64,000 nt of DNA from NCBI GenBank assembly GCA_051294375.1, contig JBJCIZ010000239.1, positions 2,555,476-2,619,475 of the forward strand, written 5' to 3'. The position numbers and the translations under genes are program-made. The DNA is from Paraspadella gotoi. Its lineage: Eukaryota > Animalia > Chaetognatha. Positions 23,094 through 36,794 of this stretch are shown in pieces. The number at the start of each line of letters is the position of its first letter. Position 1 is the stretch's first letter. The notes below the pieces were generated by a model. It did not search any database, was not told the origin of the DNA, and was given only the letters and a program-made list of their open reading frames with translations.

Positions 23094-24096
23094 ATGGCTG
23101 ACGGGATCAGTGATTTAGACAGACAGATCGAACAACTTCGAAGATGCGAAATCATAAAAGAGAGCGAAGTAAGAGGGATTCCTTCATTTTTATAAAATTA
23201 TTATTTTGTGGATGCGATTCACACCTTCGCGTTCCTCACCCCAGGTGAAAGCCTTGTGCGCCAAAGCTCGAGAAATCTTGGTGGAGGAAAGCAATGTTCA
23301 ACGCGTCGACTCGCCGGTGACCGTTTGCGGCGACATCCACGGACAGTTCTACGACCTAAAGGAACTCTTCAAGGTCGGCGGGGACGTGCCCGAGACAAAC
23401 TACCTCTTTTTGGGTGACTTTGTGGATCGGGGCTTTTACAGCGTGGAGACGTTCCTGCTGCTCCTCGCCCTGAAGGTCCGCTATCCGGACCGCATCATGC
23501 TGATCCGCGGGAATCACGAGTCGCGCCAGATCACGCAAGTCTACGGCTTTTACGACGAGTGCCTCCGCAAATACGGCTCCATCACGGTCTGGCGGTATTG
23601 CACGGAGATCTTCGACTACCTGTCTCTCAGCGCCATCATCGACGGAAAGATATTCTGCGTCCACGGCGGACTCTCTCCCTCCATCCAGACGTTGGATCAA
23701 ATTCGTTCCATAGACCGGAAGCAGGAGGTGCCCCACGACGGGCCCATGTGCGACCTCTTGTGGTCGGATCCCGAGGACACGCAAGGTTGGGGCGTGTCGC
23801 CGCGCGGCGCGGGTTACCTGTTCGGTAGCGACGTCGTGGCCCAATTCAACGCCACCAACGACATCGACATGATCTGCCGAGCCCATCAACTCGTCATGGA
23901 GGGATACAAGTGGCACTTTAACGAGACGGTCCTCACCGTCTGGTCCGCTCCCAACTATTGTTACAGATGCGGCAACGTCGCCGCTATTTTAGAACTGGAC
24001 GAACATCTCCAGCGAGACTTTACGATCTTCGAAGCCGCGCCGCAGGAAGCGAGAGGGATGCCGGCGAAAAAACCCACCCCTGACTATTTCCTTTGA
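23094..24096 (+). CDS. PPP4C: Serine/threonine protein phosphatase 4 catalytic subunit (exons 23094-23168, 23245-24096)
   Basis: [20 protein letters not shown]|[30 protein letters not shown]-terminal DYFL. Confidence 0.97.
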
Positions 24097-24778
24097 AGAG
24101 CTGGTTTCGGTAGGGACTTAAGATTGTGGACTGGACAACTTTTTAATTTAAAAACTTATCCATTGCAGACGTTTTATGTCGTTTTCATTCATTGTTATAA
24201 ATGAAAGGAAGGAATTTTCGTCGGTCGATGAAAAATACTCAATAAATCTAGTATAATTTTTTTTTTCTAAACTTAAGTCGAAAAAACATGAGGACGTTAT
24301 ATAGGGTATCAAGATATAAAAATCAGACAACCCAATGATATGTTTTTGAATTTTTTAGTGTATTTTGCTTTCATTTAGGAAGTTTTTTTTATTAATTGAA
24401 AATTAAATACGTATGTTAAACTGCCTTTTCGAAAAAAATTTTAAAATTAGTAAAGCTGGGTTGAGCTCTGAGTAAAATTTTTTGCCTGGATTCTTTTGGT
24501 ATTTTATTTTCACATACCATGTATTGGGCAATGGGGCTTTCAAATAAAATTCCGTTATGATTATAAATGATTTTTAGAATGTTCAACTGTGACTGAAAGT
24601 AAGAAACCAGTTTCACGATCGGTTTTATCCAATTTAGGCTTCCATTCATTGTACTTTAGAAAGCCTATCTGTGCAAATTTTTCAAATTAATGTTCCATTC
24701 AAATTCACAATTTTCTGTTAAAAATTTAGAACTCTCAAGACAGTCAAAAGGTATAACCGTGGAATCATCGCGACTCTA

Positions 24779-27700
24779 ATGGCTCTCAGGAAGAAAGCGC
24801 CGAATGAGCGGAAAAGACAAATTGCGAAATCTTCCTCCGAGTTTCCCGAAGATTCTTCTCCCGCAAGATCTGCCTTCTCGGTCGAGGAGACCGATGAGAC
24901 GGAGTCTAAAAAACCCAAATTAGTCCAGGTATCTTCTCTTCTTCAACAACGACGCGAGTCGTTAAAATTAATTCCATCTAGCATTCTAAATTATTACTAA
25001 CGCTTCGGCGAACTTGAAGTTCCTAAAATTTCGCCCTAACCTTTAATTATTTTAGTTATTTTTTTAATGTTTAATTATTTCTTAAATGGAGAGCACTTCG
25101 CGCGGAACAGGGGGATCGATGTTCGCAAGGGTATTTTTTTAAGGTAGTGAATACAAAATATAGTCGCTTTTTTGAATGGCGTCGACTTTTTCGCTCAGCA
25201 TGGATCGCATTGTGCCATCGCTGGCGAAGTCTTGACGTTTGGTACTGGCGACACGGGTCAGCTCGGACTCGGCGAAGTAATGGAGAGAAAGAAACCGGCG
25301 ATTGTCAAAATTCAAGGACAAGACTCTCATTCCTTCACTCAGGTTCGTTTATCAAAAACATTAGAATATTTCGCCAATGCTTTCATGAAATGAAATACGT
25401 ATCTGATATACAAGGTATGTTGCGGAGGCATGCACACCATAGCGCTTTCAAAGACGGGATCGGTATTCGCCTGGGGATGCAACGACGAGGGCAGCTTGGG
25501 CCGATTAGCCGACGATGGGTCGCCCTTGACGGAGGAAGAAGATTGTTCCGTTCCGGGAGAGGTTCGTATCGACTGGACCTGTACTTAAATAAAGGTGTCA
25601 AATATCAGCGACGAACTGGGACCACTGTCGCTGTGCAGGTCATCTTTCCCGACGGAACCTCGCCGATCGTTCAACTCTCCGCCGGAGACTCTCACTCGGC
25701 CGCCCTCACCGCCGACGGAAAAGTTTTCTTTTGGGGAGGATGGAGAGACAATTCGGGTAGGTTGAAAATCGGGCTCGTCTGACTCCTCACTTTTTTTCTA
25801 TTTTTTATTTATTTATTTTTTTTTTTTTTTCTATTCAAAAAAAAAGGTATCATGACGGACAAATACCCGGATCCGCAGCTGATTCCCCTTCCCCAACAGA
25901 TAGTCAAGATCGTCTCCGGATTTCATCATCTCCTCTTTCTCGCCGTCAACGGACAAGTTTACAGCATGGGGTGCGGAGAGAACGGCCAGCTGGGTCGATT
26001 GTCCGAGAGATTCGCCACGAGAAACGCTCGTCATTGGCGAGCCTCCCTCATGACGCCGGCCCTCGTCCCTTTGAAATACGCGACTAAAAAGGGTGACGAA
26101 GATGACAGTCGATGATTTCCGATCGAACTCTCTCGGCGGTCTTTATTTATAATGCAACGTGATTTTAATCATTGCAGGACTACGAAGAGGATACCCTGAT
26201 TCCTTGAATGAGAAGACGGTCGCTAATAACGTTTGGGCTGGAGGATTTACTTCAATGGTTCAGGTTGGTTTTTTATTTTTAAATTAAAGAAGAGACCTGC
26301 CAAACACAAAATTAAATATCGACAGTCGAGACGTCACAGTTGAATTTATTACCGTTTCAACGACCCTCTGGTCAAACGGCTTAATTCTATGTCATCCGTG
26401 TCATACAGTTACAATCGGGTCATGTTCTCGGCTTCGGATTAAATAGCTCGTCGCAATTGGCTACGAATGCCGGCGGAAAAGGCGAGGCCGCCTGCGAGTT
26501 TCAGCCCAAATTTCTTCACGCCATTTCCAAGTTGGAGGTGAATTTTATTAATTAAGACTCGGAAGATGACCTTTGCGGCGACGACAACAACCTCGACAAT
26601 GAAACTGACATTTGACCAAGGTCAAGTTCCTGACCTTAAATCAACCTTACCTTTACTATTGTTTAGCGTTTTCCCTTTTTTCTTACTTACCATTGTTTTG
26701 TCTTTTACCTTACCTCGTTTTTGAATGATTTCGATCATTACATGTCTTATCCTTGAACTGAAAACAACTCGATATTTTTCTCTACAAAAATCTACAAAGT
26801 CAGATCCCAAACCTTTGAAGAAACTGTCAAACGTCATCGTTTCTTTTACGTTAGGTCAGGGAAATTTCTTGCGGACATCATCACTCTCTGATACTCACGA
26901 GGACGGGCGACGTCTTCGCTTGCGGACTCAAGGAATACGGCGCCCTCGGTTTCGGCGGAACGATGGGCGTCGTCGTCGACCCGATGAAAGTCGATATAGA
27001 TGGCGCCGAGATCGAAGCCGTCTCTGCCGGGACTCATCTCTCTTTCGCCGTCACCCGCTCCGGTACGCCCCTGCTAGTTTTTGTTAGCGTCATTACTATA
27101 ATGACCGAAAATAGTAACGAATGAATAATCTAGGTTTAGGGCAGAAAAAATAGAAATAAAATGTTTCTTGAGGAATGTTGTACATCGCATTAATTTGCAT
27201 GTAGTTCTAGTTTTTAAGTCACTTGTCGGTCGGTCGGTCGGTCGGTGTGTCACGTCACGAAATATACACGTAATAAGGCAGTCACTGCGGCGCAACAATT
27301 TGAATTACCGTTCTTGTTTTTTTTTTAAAGAATATACAGAATATACAGTATACTGCTATATAGCTTCATTTTTTCTTTTTTTTGTAATATTTTTTTTTAA
27401 TAAAAGAGTTAAGTACTTAAACTGTGTTACGTAAGGGCTTATCTTTTGTTCCAACACCTATTAATATACCCGCTATTGACCTCATTGTCGGCGTTGAGAC
27501 AGGAGCGAAGCTTCTCGATCACGGCCCGAAGCGGCGGCAACCCTTTGGGCAGCGGCGGCGCAGATCCTCACTGCCAAGAGGGCTCCGCCCCCGCAAAATG
27601 TCGGTAAGAGTGAATGCAAGGCCATTGCTTCACTCAAGCGTAATCAGGCAATCATGGTTCATCCGCGGACAAGGGAAGAGCTGCGGTAGTTATGGACGCC

Positions 27701-30084
27701 CATGACTACAAAAACAAAGTTCGCAAAATGATGGCAGATAGGAAAACATACCATCTCCTATCTAAGGATCCAACTCTCGCTTACAGAGCTCGGATTCAGA
27801 CGGTAACGAAAAGAATACGTGAGTACTGTCCCCCGTCAGTATTTCACAGAGTCAACCCTGACTCAACGCAGCCTCCTTTGTTCTTCGGTCAACCGAAGGT
27901 ACAAAAGCCCGATCTACCGTTACGCCCGTATGTATCGGCCCGCAATTCCATTTTTAATGGAATGACGAAGGAGTTGGGGCGCATCCTCACTCCACTCGTT
28001 GGTAACCAACACCACCTCCGGAACTCTGTCGATCTGACGGAAAAGTTGCAACACATAAAAGTGCCCGATAGTCATTGCTTGGTCTCGTGTGATTTAACCA
28101 GCATGTTTACAAATATTCCTCAGGAATTGGCGTTAAAATCAGCAGAGCGCCGCCTGAAGGAAGACCGGACATTGCACGAGCGTACGCCAATCCAATTGAA
28201 TGACATCATGGCACTGTTGCGGCTCGACCTGGAACTGGCGTACTTCAGGTTCGATGGACAGTACTACGCCCAGCCTGGTGGCTTAGGATGGGCAAGTCGA
28301 CATCAAGTCCTCTGGCAGATTTCTATATGGAGGACTATGAGGTGGAAGCTTTGGCCTCTTTTCGATCATTGCATGGGGCAGAGTCTATCCTCTTCTGGTA
28401 TCGGAAAGCAGACGATACCATTCTGGCCGTGCGCAAAGACCTCATTGAGGACTTACTGAACCATTTGAACAGCATTCATGTGAGCATCAAGTGGACATGT
28501 GAAAAAGAGGTGAATGGGTCGATTCCAATGCTCGATGTGCTTATAAAGCGCAAAGAGGGCGGCTCATTGGAATTCTCAGTATATCGCAAACCTACACACA
28601 CAGACCAATACATTCCCTTCGATTCTCATGCCCCTTGTCTCACAAGCTAGCCACGGTCAGATCCCTTACCAGAAGGGCTATATTGATTCCGTCGACCCCC
28701 GAGCTTCAGGCCGCCGAGCTTGAGCATGTCAAAAGAGCCTTGGCGATCAATGGTTACCCATTGTGGGCCTTCGAGAAGGCCAGGTACCGGCCGTATCTGG
28801 TTGAGGGCAGTGGCCACCAAGGGGCTGCCCAAGTAACCGCTAGCGTTGATTCTACCTCCAACCCCCAGGAGGAAGAAAGGGTTCTTGCTGCTGAAGAGCC
28901 TACCGCGCCCACCACAGCGCAACTGGAGATAAGCAGAAGCGCCCTAAGAACGTGGGTCACTTGTCCCTCCCCTACCACCAGGGGATCACTGAGTCATTGG
29001 TGCGGGTGCTGGCAAAGCAGGGGATCTCCACCTCAGTGACGACCCACGGTTCTCTACGAGAGCAATTGGTGAAACCGAAAGATAAATCCCCAGACCGAAA
29101 ACATCAGGAGCCGTCTATTGGGCGGCCTGTGCAGGGGCGGGCAACCAAGCCTGTGCAGCAGCATACGTGGGCGAGACAGGCAAGTCTCTAACAGACCGCT
29201 TTCAGCAGCACACAAAACCTTATCGCGATGCGAGAGGACATTACCTATCTGCGGTAGCTGAACATACAGTAAATACTGGCCATCTATTTAGAGAGTCAGA
29301 CTGTCTCGTGCTGTCCATGACCCAAACTGGTTCTCAAGAGGTATTAGAGAGGCGATCTATATCAAAGCCCTCGAGCCCTCTTTGAATCGTGATGGAGGAC
29401 GATTCGATCTCCCTCCAAGCTATGATACGCTTATCAAAAGCGTGGTGGAGGCCCCGCCACCACCACGTCCGCACAATGACTCCCCGTTTCTACTCAACGA
29501 AACAAGGGGAGACCTTTGCGCAGGCAATGGGCAAACGATGCCTCTCCTTCAACTGCAGCAACTCACTCCCTCTCTCTGTGGAGTAAGCGCCCACCAAAAA
29601 GGCGGCTGCTGGAGGAAGGAGAGGAGTCCACAACTCATGCGTGCAAAAGCGGCAAGAACGGACAACCACCCATCTCGCCAGCAGACGAGAAGAGGGCAGT
29701 CGACAGGCGTACCAGGCCAGAGAGACATCAGGGTAGCCTTTGGACTCTTCCCGCAAGGAAGCCTACCCAGTCCATCACATACAGGCTCAATCGATATGAC
29801 CTCTCAGCCACTGACGCGCCAATGACTCGACCACATCGTCACTACCTCTCATTTGCTTCAACCAAAGGGGCCAGCTCATTTTGAGCTCTTTCTTAATTCT
29901 TAAATTTCACTTTCCACATTAATATCTTCTAAACTTAATTCTCTCTTTCCTTTCACATTTCAATTTCACTGTTTTTATACTCAATTATTTATTAAGTAGT
30001 TTAATGTTAAAAATATTTATTTCACTGTTAGTTTAAATCATTTATCTTTGTTGTACATTGCACAATGTATTGTTACTAAAGTTC

Positions 30085-30127
<43 letters not shown>

Positions 30128-30262
30128 CCTCTCTCTCAAAATTTTTCACCATTTAATTTCTTTTCACAGTCTAACTCAATCTGTCTTCACCTTGACCTGT
30201 CCTCACATCTGACCACTATTCTTTTCTCAACTCTGTGTTGGAAACTTTGCCCTGTCTCATCT

Positions 30263-30301
<39 letters not shown>

Positions 30302-30710
30302 CTCTCTCTCTCTCTTTCCTTTGCACAAACAATTTGTAAAAGTTCACAAAACAATTTTTCTCTATGACGCTGAAGAAGGCTTGTAACTAAGCGAAACATG
30401 TACGTCCTTATGTACTTAATAAAATCGTTGTTGCAAATAAACTCAAACTTATTTCTACTAATCCAAACACAACGAAAGAAAGGAAATTCGCTATGCCTAG
30501 TACTTAAACCTAATTTTCTACAATTTCCATTACACAGGCTTGTTGTATTCCTGGGGATCGGGAACGAATAATTCGCTGGGTCACGGCGACGAGGTCGATA
30601 AAGAGACTCCTTCTCGCGTCACGTCTAAGAATTTAGAAAGGCTGAGTGTCGTCTCCGTTTCCGCCGGGGGTCAACACTCCGCTATAATCGCGACGAACAA
30701 CGACACGTGA
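24779..30710 (+). CDS. RCC1: Regulator of chromosome condensation 1; about 9 exons, last exon 30538-30710 after a 3.5-kb transposon-filled intron
   Basis: RCC1 repeats [17 protein letters not shown]...[32 protein letters not shown], and the terminal [10 protein letters not shown]...VSAGGQHS. Exons join in frame. Confidence 0.9.
27424..30450 (+). mobile_element. Decayed Penelope-like retroelement (RT + GIY-YIG endonuclease, frameshifted) in the last RCC1 intron
   Basis: [62 protein letters not shown]...[21 protein letters not shown], spread over several frames. CT-rich terminal repeat with a hammerhead. Confidence 0.9.
30366..30406 (+). ncRNA. Minimal type I hammerhead ribozyme in the Penelope terminal repeat
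   Basis: GACG-CTGAAGA-AG-GCTTG(taac)TAAGC-GAAAC-AT-GTA-CGTC. Stem I GACG/CGTC, conserved core, palindromic stem III, GUA triplet. Confidence 0.75.
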
Positions 30711-31410
30711 CAATTGCGTTGGATGGAACTCTCTCCCCCTTTTTTTTTTTTCGTTGTGGCGGTATCAACAATTCTTTCATTTAACTTGGCCGGTTTGGCT
30801 CTTAATTTCTTCCAAACTTTTATTATTTTTATGATTTTCTGTACCTCCGTATGAAGGTTTTCATAATTTCTACGAAAATAGGGTGTTAGTTTATTCGACG
30901 AATGTTTTCTCCGAGAAGCCGTTTTTGATTTTATGAGAATCATGATAGTCACGATGATGTGCCATAGTTCATTTGTATGTTTAATCTTGCCGAAAACGTA
31001 CGGACTTGTTTTATAGGCTATTGCTGTTTTTGTTTGTTAGGTTGATGCAAACCAATAATATCCTAGCTAATATGGAAATGGATTTTCAATACGTGCTTCA
31101 AGATTGCGCAGCGAAAAATATGAGCGTGCCGTTCTGGGCATTTAATATGCAAAGTTAAGTTACCCCAGTGGTCGATAAGTCAACATTGTTCGGAATCCTC
31201 GATCGTAGGTTCTTTGTCAGTTTGAATAAAGTCTAACCTGCCCATTCGATGACCATGCCAGTCAATCATTAATGATAACCAAGCAAGATCGATGGCGACG
31301 ACTTGACCATCAGGTGGCCACTGTGATCTAGAACAATATTTCCAGTCATGTTACTTATAATTAAGTCGAAGAATCCAGTAAATAAGTAGTAATTAGAAAA
31401 AACTTTCGCC

Positions 31411-33487
31411 ATGAATTCCAATGGTTTCGCGGAGGAGAAACTCCAAAACGAATCGACTTTTTTGGACGACATCCTCCGATTTTCTTCCGCCTCTCACGCC
31501 AATCATCTCTTGTCAACTTTTCAAGCGCTTCGTTCCGAAAATTTATTTTGCGATGTCGTCGTTAAAGTCGGGAGTTGCGCCTTTTCCGCGCACAAGGTCG
31601 TTCTTGGAGCGAGCAGTCCTTACTTCAAATCGCTCTTTACCAACGATTTGTCGGAAGCGTTGTCTAAAAGTCAAAAGGACCGAGCTTCTATCGACCTGCA
31701 ATTGGCATCTCCGGATGTATTTAAATCTATACTCGATTACATTTACTCTGGAAACATCGATATAACTCAAGACAATGTTCAGGTAACTGCTACTTTGTAA
31801 TCTTTGTTGGGTCTATCGATTGTTATTGATTATTAAATAGATATTATTAATTATTTTCAGGATATTTTGTCTTTCGCGGATATGTATCAAATCGATGGAC
31901 TCATTGCTCCCTGCGAAGCCTTCCTCAAAACCCAGTTGCATCCATCCAATGTTCTCGGAATTTTCCTTTTCGCCGAGTCGCACTCTCTGCTTGAACTGAC
32001 AAATGCCTCTGAAGCTTACATATATTATAATTTTTTGCAGGTTAGAAAGTCCTCTACAAAATATTTGTTATTCGTCGTTTATTAACCTTAATTATTTCTT
32101 CAGATAATAGAACAAGACGAATATTTCAAGTTACCAAAAGAAACTCTTCTACATATTCTGGAAAGCGAGAATCTGAGGGTCGAAAATGAATTCCAGGTGA
32201 CTTTGATATGTGCAAAAATTCCAGTATATTGTTTATTCATTATCATCATCGTGTAATAGATGAAATATACCCTCCTATAATTGTTATTTTTTAAAGGTTT
32301 TTACGTCCGTCATTTGTTGGATCCTTCACGACGTCGTGTCTCGTCGTCGTCTCCTCTTCGAACTTCTTCGTCCCATTCGCTTCGCCCTCATCTCTCAAAG
32401 ACAAATCGCCGCCCACGTGGATTCCCTGGAGGATTTCAGCCTTCGCATCGCCCTCCGCAAACTCCTTCAGGATTTTAAGACTTTCTCCAGGGGAAAAATT
32501 TGGCTGGAGGCTGCCTTCGCGCCCAACCTCGTCGGGAAGTTCTCTCCGCACCTCCTAGTTCCCCGTAAAAGCGCCAAGAAAAGTTTGTACGTCATCGCCG
32601 GGTATCAGCGGCAACCCGGGCAGCGGTGGAGCGACAGCGAAGCGCTGCGCACGGTGGAACAGCTGGACACTTACAAGCAAGAATGGCACCAGATGGCGCC
32701 GATGCGGTATCCCCGCAACGGACACAGCGCCGCCGCCGTCGGCAGATTCATCTACGTCATCGGCGGCGAGAGCGATTCCTTGATTTACGACACGGTGGAG
32801 AAGTACGACTGCGACGCCAACAAATGGAGCATCGCTGCCTCCATGACGGTTCCGCGCTGCAACCACGGAATCGCCGCGCTCGATGATAACATTTACGCTC
32901 TCGGGGGCTGGGTTGGCTCCGAGATCGGGTCTACCGTGGAACGATTTGACCCGAAAAACAACTCTTGGCAAGTTTACGGGACTTTGCCTCAAGCGCGCTA
33001 TGGGTTCGGCATAGTTGCTCACGGCGGCCTCATTTATGTGGTTGGAGGCTGCAACGACGTCCACGAAGTTTTAGTCAGCGTCGACTCCTTCAACCCATTC
33101 ACCAAGGAATGGACGTCTCTTTCTCCGATGTCGACGCCTCGATGCTTTTTCTCTCTCGTCTCCCTCGAGGATCGACTCTATGCCGTCGGGGGTCAAACCG
33201 GACCCAGCGAGCACGACACCGCTCTCTCCACTTGCGAAGTCTATTTTCCGGAAAGAGACGAGTGGACGAAGACGGAGGCGAGCTTGCCCTCCCCTCGAGC
33301 CGGTCATTCCGCCGTCGCTATCAACGGATGCCTCTACGTCGTCGGTGGAAGAGACAATGGCTCCTCGGTGGCCGCGCCCACCACATTGTCCAGCGTGGAC
33401 AGATTCGATCCGGAGACGAAAAAGTGGACAAGACTATCGGTTTCGATGATCGAAAGTCATTGCGAAGCCGCCGCGGTGTTGATTTAG
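31411..33487 (+). CDS. IPP: BTB-BACK-Kelch protein IPP/KLHL27 (exons 31411-31782, 31861-32040, 32104-32196, 32297-33487)
   Basis: BTB (FCDVVV...AHKVVLGASSPYF), BACK, six kelch repeats. IPP-like PRKSAKKSLYVIAGY..GQRWSDSEAL, GGESDSLIYD, GGWVGSEIG. Confidence 0.85.
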
Positions 33488-33707
33488 ACCAATGCCTATT
33501 ACCTACCTACCGTTATCTTTAGTTTTTTTTTATGGTGTCATTAATTTAGAAAATACTTGGCTAGATTCCAAATGATGGAATTTGTTAATTGTTGATTAGG
33601 ATCACGATTGACGCTGATCTTCTCTCCAGTTTTCGGAGATTGTTGCTTATTTTTTAAACAACCACCGCCTTATTTTTATTTTTTTTATGCCAGGAGAAGC
33701 TGAGAGC

Positions 33708-35852
33708 ATGGAACCGAAATCGAGAGCGTCTGATGAGCAAACTTCCGTCTTGAAGTCGTCCTCGGCCTCCGTTCGCCAGTCTTCCGACGAAACTGCCGAT
33801 TCTTTTACAACTTCATCCATCCTCAACGTTAAGACTTACACTCTCCTAATTTCGCTCATATACTCTTGCTGCTCCGCCGGAACCGCGATCATCATCGGCA
33901 CCGTAACGACTCTGCAACGGGCCTTCGGCTTCAGTTCCATGCAAATCGGGGTCATTCAGGCCTCGTATTCGGTCGGCTACGCGGGTTCCATTCTCTTCGT
34001 GTCTCACTTCGCCGAGAGAGGGCACAAACCACGATGGGTGGCGGCGGGCGCGTTCGCCGTCGCCCTCTCTTGCTTGATACCCGTCATTCCACACTTTTTC
34101 ATTTGGTTGCCCGCTTATCGAAACTCGGTGCGATCGCTCGATCCTGAACTGGAACTCGACGGAAATCAAACTCGTTGGAACTCGGCCAGTCTTTGTTCGA
34201 CCCCTCTTCCTTCACCTACCTTCGAAAGTCACGGAGGAACTGATTCGAACGGCTTTATTTTTTCACTGAGCGACGAAGGCGGCACGATCGCTTACTACCT
34301 CTTCGCCCTGGCGTCCATTTGCGCCGGGCTCGGCAACTCTCCCCTCAACACCGTCGGAATGACCTACATCGACGACAACGTCTCCAAGCAAGAGTCCGCC
34401 TTCTACATGGGCATTCCCATGAGCATGTTCGCCGTGGGTCCCGTCCTCGGTTTCTTCTTCCACGCTTACATCATGCACTTTCACGCGGACATCGCCGCCG
34501 CGACAAACGACGCCTCCGTCTCCAAATATCCGAAGACAATTTCCTCCAAAAACGATCCCAACTTCATTGGCGCCTGGTGGATTTCCTACGTCGTCGTCGG
34601 CTCCGCCTGCCTCTTTCTCTCCTCCTTGGCTCTTCTTTTTCCTAAAAAATTGAGCAACGATTCGGAGAAGGAACGAACGAGCGAGGAAAACGAAGAATCG
34701 GGAGACGCCTTCATCGGGGAGGGAAACCCTTCGCCCGTCGCGGAAGTCGTCGCCCCTCGAAGACTCTTCTCCCAATGCGCAACCCTCCTCTTCGCGTTGA
34801 AAGATTTGCTCCTCAATCCCGTCTACGTGCTAACCCTCGTCGGATCGGCCATGTTCTCTACAGGAATGACGGGTCTATTTTATTTTTTCCCCAAAATCAT
34901 CGAACACCAATTCGGCGTGTCCGCGATCGTGGCCAACGTCTGTTTCGGGATCATCGAGATTCCCGTGGGAATCGGAATGTTTTTCGGCGGTTATTTGATC
35001 AAGAGATTCAAGTTTTCTCCTCGCGGGGCGGCGCTGTTCACGCCTTGCGTGCAGATTATCGGAGTCGCCATGGTGATTCTCATGTTGTTCGTCAGATGCC
35101 CGCCGGAGAGATACGCTAACTTCGAAGCTTCGTCGAGGGCGTTGGGCAAAGGAACCTTTCGGAATTTTACCTCGTCGTGCAACGCGAGATGCGGATGCGA
35201 CTCGGAAGATTTTCATCCAGTCTGCGGGGCGGATGGAGCCACCTACTTTAGCGCCTGTCACGCCGGGTGCTCCGAGGAAGTTCTCCGCTCCAACGACGCT
35301 GCCGTCTTTGCCTCGTGCTCCTGCGCCAACTCCACGGCCATGCCCGGTCTCTGCGTTTCGATTCCCGAACCAGACACTACCCTCCCCTCGTTTCTTCCCT
35401 GTTCTTCCCTTATTGGATACATGGTTGTCTTTCTCTTCGCCATGTTGGCCTTTTTTCTCACGCGCATGACGATCATCAACGTTTGCATCAGATCGGCCGG
35501 TGACGCCAGAAAGGGTTTAGCTTTAGGACTCCGCTCATTTCTGGGAAATCTGATGGGCAACTTTGCCTCGTCCGTGTTGTTCGGGGCCATCATCGACGAC
35601 GCTTGCGTGCTCTGGCGGAGAGACTTGAAGACGTTTTCATCTTCGAGCGCCGCTCGAGTCTCGACGTCGGTGGGCGTGTCCGGCGAATCCGGCGGAGACT
35701 GCTTGGTGTACGCCTCGACGCGCTTTCACTTTTTGACTCACGGATTCGCGGGAATTTTGGACTCGGCCGGCGTCGTCTTCTTCTTCATGGCGTACTGTTT
35801 GGCGAGGAGACAATCGTGGGCGGCCAAGCAAGAGGAAACTGAGAAAACTTAA
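33708..35852 (+). CDS. Organic anion transporting polypeptide (SLCO/OATP family), intronless
   Basis: HKPRWVA, GMTYIDDNV, DPNFIGAWW, Kazal-like SCNARCGC...HPVCGADGATYFSACHAGC, FGAIIDDACVLW. Confidence 0.93.
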   Translation: MEPKSRASDEQTSVLKSSSASVRQSSDETADSFTTSSILNVKTYTLLISLIYSCCSAGTAIIIGTVTTLQRAFGFSSMQIGVIQASYSVGYAGSILFVSHFAERGHKPRWVAAGAFAVALSCLIPVIPHFFIWLPAYRNSVRSLDPELELDGNQTRWNSASLCSTPLPSPTFESHGGTDSNGFIFSLSDEGGTIAYYLFALASICAGLGNSPLNTVGMTYIDDNVSKQESAFYMGIPMSMFAVGPVLGFFFHAYIMHFHADIAAATNDASVSKYPKTISSKNDPNFIGAWWISYVVVGSACLFLSSLALLFPKKLSNDSEKERTSEENEESGDAFIGEGNPSPVAEVVAPRRLFSQCATLLFALKDLLLNPVYVLTLVGSAMFSTGMTGLFYFFPKIIEHQFGVSAIVANVCFGIIEIPVGIGMFFGGYLIKRFKFSPRGAALFTPCVQIIGVAMVILMLFVRCPPERYANFEASSRALGKGTFRNFTSSCNARCGCDSEDFHPVCGADGATYFSACHAGCSEEVLRSNDAAVFASCSCANSTAMPGLCVSIPEPDTTLPSFLPCSSLIGYMVVFLFAMLAFFLTRMTIINVCIRSAGDARKGLALGLRSFLGNLMGNFASSVLFGAIIDDACVLWRRDLKTFSSSSAARVSTSVGVSGESGGDCLVYASTRFHFLTHGFAGILDSAGVVFFFMAYCLARRQSWAAKQEETEKT

Positions 35853-36794
35853 AACAATTTTTAGATTATTAGGCACTGAATGAATCAATACTCACTGTTT
35901 TACTGTTCAAAATCATCGCGCATTGTTCTCGAGATCGACTAGGATATATGTTATGTATTACAATATTCACGTCTGGCGATGAATGGCACAAATTTGGCCA
36001 GTTTATTGGGATTTTCAATTTTTGGTGTTATTGTTATTGTGATATATACACCTCTGGCTTTTTTTCTTTCTGCCCTGCTGCAATGAAAGAAATGCGACCT
36101 TGGGCTTAGAGAAGGATTTAAAGTTAAGAAGGTTAAAAAACGGCGACATATTATATAAAAGAGAAGGCAAAGTATACAATTGACTTTGAGCTTTATGGAG
36201 ATTACCGATTCTTTCAAATCCTGAACAAAAATTTTGGGAGATTTTGATGAATAATATGGGTTTTGCAAAATATTTTTTTCTGACCTTGATTTAATTTGTT
36301 GAAGATTTACTCACAAATCATGAGTAATTTGATATACTTTATTCGATTGAGTTTATTGTTAGTGCGTTCTGAATTAATTTCAGTCGGTTATATTTAGCAA
36401 TGTGTTAAACATTCTACTTGCTTTTTTAGATTATTTACATTACAATTAAAGATGTTATTTATTTACTTATTTATATTGATCAACTTCTCCAACAGGTTCC
36501 ATTATATCATTGTAAAAAGATATAGCATGAAACATTGTGGGCATCGTTAATGTTTGTGATACTCGTTATTCAGGGTTGAAAAACTTTCATTGTCTTTGAA
36601 AAAGAGCCTTTTGGCTTTTCCTTTGGACATGATAGTATTTTGAAAGGATACAAGGGTTCAAAGTCCGATATTTTTTTTTTTTTATCTTTAAATTAAACTT
36701 TTTCCCAGGAAGTAAGGAGCGATTTAATTAGGTGTAGACGCTAGGCATCGGTTTTAATTGTCCCACACGACCGCCAGCAATCGCTGCAATCAGC

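Noticed and set aside
27692-29385. Active or domesticated reverse transcriptase
   Set aside because: Multiple frameshifts and a degenerate catalytic motif region (RKADDT) indicate a decayed Penelope copy.
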